The notes under the pieces are model-generated. The model was not told the origin of the DNA. It saw only the letters and a list, made by a program, of their open reading frames with translations, and did not search any database. The translations under genes and the position numbers were made by a program. 12,974 nucleotides of DNA, from assembly GCA_046757525.1 (NCBI GenBank), contig JBHHYI010000117.1, forward strand, positions 1-12,974, read 5' to 3'. Shown here piece after piece: positions 6,683-12,974 of this stretch. Position 1 is the stretch's first letter; each line of letters begins with the position of its first letter. This DNA is from a bacterium (GTDB lineage Bacteria > Zhuqueibacterota > Zhuqueibacteria > Oceanimicrobiales > Oceanimicrobiaceae).

Positions 6683-8920
6683 TCATTGGTCCATGTCCAC
6701 CGTATTGACCAAGATCTTGTTTATGGTGGCAGCGTCTAAAGGGCCAGAAAAACCCGGATGCTGAGCCTCAATGGCTGGCCTGTGATTCCCTTCGGACAAC
6801 TTCCCCGACAGGTCTGGAATGACCAATCGATCTAGAAAGTGATCCTTGCCATTGCCGTCGGTCAAGACGTACTTGCCGCTGCCAAAACCCAGGGCTTCAA
6901 ACACTTTTTCCTGGTTGACCCAGGTAGAAGGATCGTTTGGATCCGCGCTCTTCGGTGCCGGATGGCAGGCCGAGCATTTTCTGGGCTGCCTTTGTATGGT
7001 ATGCGGGAAAAACGGATTATGAGAGTTGCCGTTGCCAACATACCCGCCACCAGAGGTTGGGAATTGGTTGTGGATCACCGTGTCACCGTTAGCGTCGATG
7101 TAGGTAAACAAAGCCGGGGCGCTGTCGCTCATCAGCGCAATTCTCCCGAAATAGTCGAAGCCCAGAAGCCCCTGGTCTACGATGACCCAGTTGCGGTCAT
7201 CTCTGGTGATCTTAGCGACTTTGGTGCCGCTGGTGGAGAGCCAGCTCCCACCGGTTTTTCTGGCATCCTTTTCGATGTGGCAGCCGTGACACTGCACGTT
7301 CCAGGTGGAGTGGCAGGTAAAACATTCCATACGATTGCCCTGGGTGGTATGCAGCTTGCAGCCGTCCAGGGTGCGCGGATTGAAGCTGGGGCTGTTTGGG
7401 TCTACCACGTCGACCATCTGGGTGACTCTGTGTTTTTTGCCGTCGAACTTGCCGGTTTGCCAGACCTCTCCGTTGTTGGTGCGCTGCAAAACGATTTCGT
7501 TGGGCGCTACCACGTCGTCGCCGGTGATAGCCTTCTCAAAAGGACGCCCCTTTGACGTGAGCAGTCTGGAGGGTTCTAAAACCGTGCCGTGGCAATCCTC
7601 ACACCGTACCTCCAATTCATAGTCTTGATTTGGCACCAACCTTTCTCCGTGCAGTTCCTGCATCACATGGCAATCGACACAGCGCATGCCTTTCACAAAA
7701 TGAACATCGGGCGGAGTCTCATCGTAGTTGTTGGTGACGTTCTCGTCTGAGATATAAAATGGAAATTTGCGACCATACAAATGGGGCAGAGGGTTGCCGT
7801 TCTTATCGGTGACGTGCGGGTCACCAACCAGGTCTTCCGGTACCTCATGCCCGGAGCCGTCGAAAACAAACCATTCATTGCCCAGGGCGTCGACGCCATT
7901 CCACCGTTCAGCATGGGGCGGGAATTTGTTGTTGGGCTTGCCGTTGGCCGAACCGCCCGCTCTTTCGCGAACACCGATGAAATTCACGCTGATGCGACCG
8001 CCGCGTTCGTGGCAATGTGCACACTGTTGGTCCGGTACCTGGTTCACAAACTGGTGCTTGACCGGATGACCGATTTCGTCCTTTCGCTGAGTTTTGTCGG
8101 CACTGCGGCTGAGTGCGTCGTTGGCCGTCACCAGATGACAGGAGTTGCAACCACTGGAGAAATAGTCACCGAACCGCTTGAAATTTTCGCCCCACGCATG
8201 GCAGCGCATGCACTTCTGGTTGACGTAAGTTCGGAAATGCGGCCCGATCTTGCTCGGGTCATCCGTGTCTTCATCCCATTCAGGAGCTTTGATGGCCGAC
8301 GGCGCGGCATAAGGCGGGGCAAAATCGCGATCCCAATTGATGTCGGTCACATCGTGCGTGGCGTAGCGCAAGTTCTTGTCGGGCTGGGTTCCATTGATGC
8401 CGCCGCTGACGTAAAGCGTGCCCAGGATAATGCCAGCGGAGGTGGCATGCGTGCTCACCCGGCTGGACGCCACGATGGAAGCGTGGCAATTCCCCTGGTC
8501 TACGCCATTGCCACCGCCACAAGTCTGCATGGCCACACGGTAATCCGATGGATTCAAAAACTGAAGCACCTCGGGCGAAGCAGCAAAAATGCTGTCCAGG
8601 TCTCCCGCTGTTGGCTGCTCAATGTAGTTGCCCGACGGCGTCGAAGGATTGAAGGAAAACTCGGTGGTGACATGGGCACCGACTTTGGTCGAAGCCGTCT
8701 CATCGCCGCCGTGGCACTGCGTGCAGGTTAATTTGGTCCCCCTGTGGATGACCTCGATGCCTGCGTGACAGTCGCTCTGCAGACAGGAAGAATTTTCCGC
8801 TGAAAACGGCACTAAAGTGTCGGCTGTTCGGACATCAGTCCCTCTGTCGCACCCCCATACAACGGGCAGGACTAAGATTGACACCCACAAAATCAGACGT
8901 CCGTAGCTTGTGTTGTTCAT
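6683..8920 (-). CDS. Multiheme cytochrome c lipoprotein (745 aa, 9 CXXCH plus 2 extended motifs, ~11 hemes)
   Basis: Start moved from 8950 to the ATG at 8920, which has GGGAGG 7 nt upstream and avoids overlap with the upstream gene. Lipobox VVWG-C. Motifs CTQCH, CMRCH, CNSCH, CAHCH, CVDCH, CEDCH, CFTCH, CHGCH and CSACH, plus CLQSDCH and CGGGNGVDQGNCH. Confidence 0.9.
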   Translation of the reverse strand: MNNTSYGRLILWVSILVLPVVWGCDRGTDVRTADTLVPFSAENSSCLQSDCHAGIEVIHRGTKLTCTQCHGGDETASTKVGAHVTTEFSFNPSTPSGNYIEQPTAGDLDSIFAASPEVLQFLNPSDYRVAMQTCGGGNGVDQGNCHASIVASSRVSTHATSAGIILGTLYVSGGINGTQPDKNLRYATHDVTDINWDRDFAPPYAAPSAIKAPEWDEDTDDPSKIGPHFRTYVNQKCMRCHAWGENFKRFGDYFSSGCNSCHLVTANDALSRSADKTQRKDEIGHPVKHQFVNQVPDQQCAHCHERGGRISVNFIGVRERAGGSANGKPNNKFPPHAERWNGVDALGNEWFVFDGSGHEVPEDLVGDPHVTDKNGNPLPHLYGRKFPFYISDENVTNNYDETPPDVHFVKGMRCVDCHVMQELHGERLVPNQDYELEVRCEDCHGTVLEPSRLLTSKGRPFEKAITGDDVVAPNEIVLQRTNNGEVWQTGKFDGKKHRVTQMVDVVDPNSPSFNPRTLDGCKLHTTQGNRMECFTCHSTWNVQCHGCHIEKDARKTGGSWLSTSGTKVAKITRDDRNWVIVDQGLLGFDYFGRIALMSDSAPALFTYIDANGDTVIHNQFPTSGGGYVGNGNSHNPFFPHTIQRQPRKCSACHPAPKSADPNDPSTWVNQEKVFEALGFGSGKYVLTDGNGKDHFLDRLVIPDLSGKLSEGNHRPAIEAQHPGFSGPLDAATINKILVNTVDMDQ

Positions 8921-8934
8921 TTTGTAACCTCCCT

Positions 8935-10398
8935 TTATTCTAAAAACCAAATAGCGTTGTCATGGCTGACTGCGTCAAAAATGTAGATGCCCCGTCGCTT
9001 GTCAAACGGAAGATAAATGTTGATCACCAGGCTGGATTTGGGTTCAAGAGGACGGCCCATGGCCCAGTCGTCGCTAAATCCCTCCACCGTGGCAGCATCG
9101 ACCCCCGTGACCTGAGAGTACAAAGCACCGGTGGTCGTAAGATCAAATCCGTAGACGGGCAAGCGGTCCAAGATGCCAAAATCAGACCGACTGAATTGGT
9201 GCCTACTCGAGCCAAAATCAAAGGCCTTGACGAAGTGGCGAAAATTGTCGTCGTTGATCACCTTCACCCTGAGTGTGGCTCCCTGGGCATATTCAAACTG
9301 ATTGCCGCTCAGTTCCCGGCCGTAGGGGTAACCGTAGATTTCGTTGTTCATGAACACCAAAGTCTCGTCGGCTTCTTCGGGGTTGTGCTCGAATCCGGGC
9401 GGCAGTTTCTCACGATCTTTCATGACGGTCAACTCCGGAATGACAGCGCCGACTTTTTCTTGCACCACCTCGTAATCGTCGGATTGCAGCGCTTGCCGCA
9501 AGGCTGCATGGATCTTGCGTTCCGGGCTGTTTTCGCTCAAGTCTTCAATCTTCGAGGCCTGCAGACCCAGAAAGGGCGGCACACCGTCGTGTGTAAACGC
9601 CATGAACTGAATGCGATCAGGGTGATATTGCCAACCCCAATGGTACACCCCCGCGACATATTTTCCTGGCGGGAATGCGATCTTAACATCTTGCTGTTGC
9701 CCGGCGACCAACGTGTAGAAGGAAGCGTCCATGCTGCGAATACCCTCCGGGCCTTTGACCTTCAACATCTCAAAAGGGGCCCATTCGTCAGCAATGAATG
9801 AACCGATGAGGCGAATATGGTAGGTCACGCTAAATGGTTTTTCCATGTATTCCTCGGGAATCTCGACGAGATAGGTGTCGCTGTCGATGTCGCGGTCGTA
9901 CCAAATTTGAGTGACCTCTACATTGCCGTTTTCGTCCAACGTTTTGAGCTTGGGCGCACCTGATTTGTAATGAATCAGAGGAAATCCGCTGTAGGCCTTT
10001 CCGGGGATGGGATTCCCTTCAAGGATGTCGATGGCCTGCTGAATCTCTTCTTCAGCCACGAACCCCCTGTCCGCCTCCTGGAGTATTCTGCGCAGCAGCT
10101 CGTCCAGATCATCCTCGGGAGAGGTGAAATCCAGACCCAGGGAATCCAACGGGGTGTGCCGGACGCCCAGCGCGTTGGCCCCCGGAATATCCATGTGCAG
10201 ATTGTAACGCTTTTCGTAGGTGAAGGGTGTGGTGTTGGGTACCTCCTCTCCCGTATCAGGATCGATGAGGTTACCCAGTACCTCGGGTTGAAATGGTTTC
10301 TCAGGTTCTTCTTTTACCTTGACATTTTGGTCACAAGAAAGCAGAAATGCCAATGGGAAGGCAAAAAGTAGAACCAGCAGCAGACGCACTTTTCCCAT
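8935..10398 (-). CDS. Lipoprotein of unknown function (487 aa, no heme motifs, acidic)
   Basis: ATG with strong SD GAGGAGGA. Lipoprotein signal MGKVRLLLVLLFAFPLAFLLS-C, and that Cys is the only one in the protein. The stop lies 14 bp before the next gene's start. Natural-looking globular composition. Confidence 0.85.
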   Translation of the reverse strand: MGKVRLLLVLLFAFPLAFLLSCDQNVKVKEEPEKPFQPEVLGNLIDPDTGEEVPNTTPFTYEKRYNLHMDIPGANALGVRHTPLDSLGLDFTSPEDDLDELLRRILQEADRGFVAEEEIQQAIDILEGNPIPGKAYSGFPLIHYKSGAPKLKTLDENGNVEVTQIWYDRDIDSDTYLVEIPEEYMEKPFSVTYHIRLIGSFIADEWAPFEMLKVKGPEGIRSMDASFYTLVAGQQQDVKIAFPPGKYVAGVYHWGWQYHPDRIQFMAFTHDGVPPFLGLQASKIEDLSENSPERKIHAALRQALQSDDYEVVQEKVGAVIPELTVMKDREKLPPGFEHNPEEADETLVFMNNEIYGYPYGRELSGNQFEYAQGATLRVKVINDDNFRHFVKAFDFGSSRHQFSRSDFGILDRLPVYGFDLTTTGALYSQVTGVDAATVEGFSDDWAMGRPLEPKSSLVINIYLPFDKRRGIYIFDAVSHDNAIWFLE

Positions 10399-10710
10399 GA
10401 TTTCCTCCTCTAAGAGAATTGAGTACTGTTAAAAGTTCAAAGTTAAGTCAAGGGCTGCGACCACTTTGAACCCCCTGGAGACTGTCGACCAACCCAGTAA
10501 TGATGAACCGTTTCACTCCGGAGTTACAATATTCTCATCTCAGAACAACAACCTAAGCGCCTGGAGTGCAACAATTCATCGTTGCCAAGCAGGTTTTTCG
10601 ATAATCCCGTTAGCTTTGTTTTTGACCTCCTACTCTAATAAAAGCTGGTCGCGGACAAGCGCCAATCGCAACGTTGCCCACATCTGAACACAACCGTGCT
10701 TGTTACCACT

Positions 10711-12747
10711 TCAATTTAATGCCTGCCACGCGAATAGTTTCTTGCCGGCCTCTTGAAGCTGGTGGTACTTGTGACAATTCAAACACCGGACGCTGGCGAG
10801 CTTGCTCTCCGCATGACAACCAACACAGCTCTCCATCGTTTGTAAAAAGACATCCGGCGATTTGGTTATGTTCGAATATTTGTCCTGGACATTGATTTCT
10901 TGATGACATTTTCGACAAGTAATCTTCTGTTTTCCCGCCGTGTGTTTTTCGTGGGAAAAGCTCACGTTGGCAAAGGTGTTCTGAAGGTGCCTCATTTTTC
11001 CTTCCGAGGTGGTGTGGCATTCCAGGCAGTCCTCACCGGGTTGGGCTTCTGCGAAATCCACGGCAAATTTGTGACAGCGTCCGCCGCCATAGCATCCCGT
11101 TTCACCCAGGTGAGACGGGTTGGCGAAACCGTCCCCTCCTTGCAATGGCTTGTGACAGGCCGTACATTGTTCGTAGTCTTCTTCGTCCTCGATTTCCTCG
11201 GCGTGTTCCACGTGCGAAAATATAAGCCCGGTTTCGACCTTTTCAGAAGGGTGCCGCAAGACTTGCCGACCGTTGAAGAGAAAAGTCACCACAGTGCCTG
11301 AAACGTTCCTCTCGTGGCACTGCAGACACACTTCCGCGCTGGTCCCAATGTTGGCGCTCACATCTTCCCCCCGGTGTTCGTGGTGACAGGAGGAACAACT
11401 GGCTTCCTCCTCTGCATGAGTGCCCGCGTATTGGGGATGACACGCCGAAGCTGTGCAGCCAGCGGTCATGCCCTCTGACTGCCAATCACCATGACAGGCG
11501 TCACAATTCTTCCGCAGATGCGCGTGTTTTGTTGAAAGCGCCCCGTTGGTAAATTTAACCGAAGGCATGGTCTTAAACTTGTTCAAAAAACTGTCATCGG
11601 TAAATAAGCCACTAAGATCCACCGACAGTCCCTCCTGGTGGCAATCTGCGCAGCGCAGCCCGGATTGGACGATCCCGTGGTTCAACGGGACTATGTTGTC
11701 GACTGCAACGGCGTCCGCCCGCCAGCGTCCGCTGAAAGGCAAGCCCGATCGGGCCATGCCTTGTTCAATGGCGGCCTGCAAATCGCCTGTGTTAGCGTAA
11801 ACCTCTTTGTCGAACAACAAAATCTGTGGTCGTTCCAGCGTTCCGGGAACAGTTTCCTCTGCGTCCACTGGAAGGACGAGGGTTACCGGTCGAAACGGGA
11901 AGATTCGACTCGCCGGTCGGCCCTGGGCTGCTTTGGCAAATCTGAAGGGGCTGCCCCGTCCTTCCCGCCAGGCATAGCTGGGTCTGGCCTTTGTTTCCGC
12001 CGTAGTCGGCACGAACTTGCCCAAGGCTGCGTCCCAAACGGGCCGCGTCCAATCGCGCCTTAATGCCGTGGTGACGGGAATGTGGCAGGTTTCACAAGCC
12101 AGGAACCTCTGATGCTGATTAATCCGCCCTCTGGCATGCGGTTCTTGCGCGTGACAATTGTTGGCCGAACATGAAGACCCTTGCGCTGCACCGGCAGCCT
12201 GCCAATGCGACATGCTGTAATGGCAATCGAAGCAGGTACCCGAGCTGGCTGTCGTCGCTTTGCCCTCGGACTTGAAATGAACATCAGAGATTTCGTTCGA
12301 CGCAAGAAGCTCGTACTCGTGACAATTGAGGCATTCTTGCTTCGTGTTCACCGTGGCGGCAACTTTTGCAATCCATTCGTAGCGTTTGCCGTGGCAGAAT
12401 AAACAGTTGTCTTCAGACACTTTGCTCGACGCTTCGACAGCGACTTCTTTTTGGTGACAGTCGTCACACCGGCCAAAACGGTACGCCGGGTTGGCGCTGT
12501 CCAGCATTAGCGCCCAGGCCTGGCTGCCCCCGCGGCAGATTCTCTCCAGGAGTTCGGAAGACACCGGATTGTTCTTGTCATGAATCAGGTTCATGGAGCC
12601 TCGCATCTTTCCCTGGTGGCAGGTGTCACAACTCTTCTCGCCGGCGTATTGCAAGCCCCGGCCGGTTTGGGCCGCTGCTTCAAGGCGCAGTCCAATGAAA
12701 AGCCAGGGACAAAATAAGAGTAAACAGAAACCTATTTTGTTAACCAA
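10711..12747 (-). CDS. Large secreted multiheme cytochrome c (678 aa, ~18 hemes): OTR-like octaheme N-terminal domain fused to cytochrome c3/c7-like C-terminal heme modules
   Basis: 15 CXXCH motifs plus CSANNCH and CTASACH (CX4CH) and CYGGGRCH (CX5CH). Sec-type signal peptide ending LEAAA-Q. OTR-like motifs SDVH, NQHQRFLACETCHIP, RDW, PSYAW, SRIFPF and PLNHGI...LRCADCH. TTG start with GAGGA 8 nt upstream. Confidence 0.9.
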   Translation of the reverse strand: MVNKIGFCLLLFCPWLFIGLRLEAAAQTGRGLQYAGEKSCDTCHQGKMRGSMNLIHDKNNPVSSELLERICRGGSQAWALMLDSANPAYRFGRCDDCHQKEVAVEASSKVSEDNCLFCHGKRYEWIAKVAATVNTKQECLNCHEYELLASNEISDVHFKSEGKATTASSGTCFDCHYSMSHWQAAGAAQGSSCSANNCHAQEPHARGRINQHQRFLACETCHIPVTTALRRDWTRPVWDAALGKFVPTTAETKARPSYAWREGRGSPFRFAKAAQGRPASRIFPFRPVTLVLPVDAEETVPGTLERPQILLFDKEVYANTGDLQAAIEQGMARSGLPFSGRWRADAVAVDNIVPLNHGIVQSGLRCADCHQEGLSVDLSGLFTDDSFLNKFKTMPSVKFTNGALSTKHAHLRKNCDACHGDWQSEGMTAGCTASACHPQYAGTHAEEEASCSSCHHEHRGEDVSANIGTSAEVCLQCHERNVSGTVVTFLFNGRQVLRHPSEKVETGLIFSHVEHAEEIEDEEDYEQCTACHKPLQGGDGFANPSHLGETGCYGGGRCHKFAVDFAEAQPGEDCLECHTTSEGKMRHLQNTFANVSFSHEKHTAGKQKITCRKCHQEINVQDKYSNITKSPDVFLQTMESCVGCHAESKLASVRCLNCHKYHQLQEAGKKLFAWQALN

Positions 12748-12863
12748 AAACCATTTCCTCGATTACGTTGTTGTTTACTCCCTCAGACTTGCAGCGAGCC
12801 TTTGTCAAACCAGGCGAATCCTGTTCAGCAAGGTCAGCGTTTGTCCACTATAAAACAGTCTAA

Positions 12864-12910
12864 CGTTTCCTAAAAAGATCACTGGCTTGACTTGTTTCTT
12901 TTAGGAAACG
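12864..12910. promoter_or_regulatory. Perfect 12-bp inverted repeat upstream of the cluster (candidate operator or RNA hairpin)
   Basis: CGTTTCCTAAAA-N23-TTTTAGGAAACG. A minus-strand TATAGT (-10-like) lies at 12852-12847, with the left arm covering the expected -35 position. Confidence 0.35.
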
Positions 12911-12955
12911 CTCCTTTGGAGCGGAATCATAGCTCTTTTTCTTAAGCCCAAAGAT

Positions 12956-12973
12956 AGTCGTCCTGAGTAGTCC
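12956..12973. repeat. Second copy of the 18-bp repeat, cut by the window end
   Basis: Exact match to 334-351 in direct orientation. Confidence 0.7.
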
Positions 12974-12974
12974 C

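Noticed and set aside
4100..8950. Longer ORF-track starts at 4213, 5207, 6619 and 8950
   Set aside because: They overlap upstream genes or the intergenic hairpin and bury the signal peptides. The downstream starts at 4099, 5066, 6502 and 8920 have SD sequences and clean signal peptides.
6839..9801. Long plus-strand ORFs (6839-7555, 7781-8731, 8962-9801), and similarly 4053-4697, 2521-2997 and 543-1001
   Set aside because: They lie antisense to well-supported genes and have no recognisable motifs, so they are best explained as shadow ORFs.
10575..10635. Minus-strand CAAAGCTAACGGG resembling part of a cyclic-dinucleotide (GEMM) riboswitch
   Set aside because: The upstream GGCAAAC/GNRA stem and the downstream receptor stem are not evident. 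An Rfam scan would settle it.
12740..12754. Out-of-frame ATG GTT TTT GGT TAA overlapping the TTG start of the 678-aa gene (possible frameshift or leader peptide)
   Set aside because: That ATG is only about 1 nt from the SD, while the TTG is at a normal 8-nt spacing. No frameshift is needed to explain the gene.
12780..12815. Minus-strand TTGACA (12808-12803) and a GG-N10-GC spacing as sigma70 or sigma54 promoters
   Set aside because: There is no -10 box at 16-18 nt (TGAGGG), and the sigma54 flanks (TGGCAC, TTGC) match poorly.

Overview
The window holds nine co-oriented minus-strand genes that look like one electron-transfer locus. In transcription order they are: a mosaic ~18-heme cytochrome c whose N-terminal half has octaheme tetrathionate reductase (OTR)-like architecture; a heme-free lipoprotein of unknown function; an ~11-heme lipoprotein cytochrome; an outer-membrane beta-barrel; an ~12-heme lipoprotein cytochrome; a c554-family tetraheme cytochrome; a TolB-like PD40 beta-propeller; and a stand-alone GspL/GspM (PilMN/PilO-like) pair. 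The four cytochromes carry 39 canonical CXXCH motifs plus 6 extended CX4-10CH motifs. The best reading is a porin-cytochrome conduit (extracellular electron transfer or envelope-spanning redox system) encoded with its own type II secretion inner-membrane adaptors. Non-coding DNA contains several palindromic REP-like elements, and an 18-bp direct repeat brackets the cluster. I found no rRNA, tRNA, CRISPR array or transposase. All family assignments come from reading motifs by eye, not from database searches.
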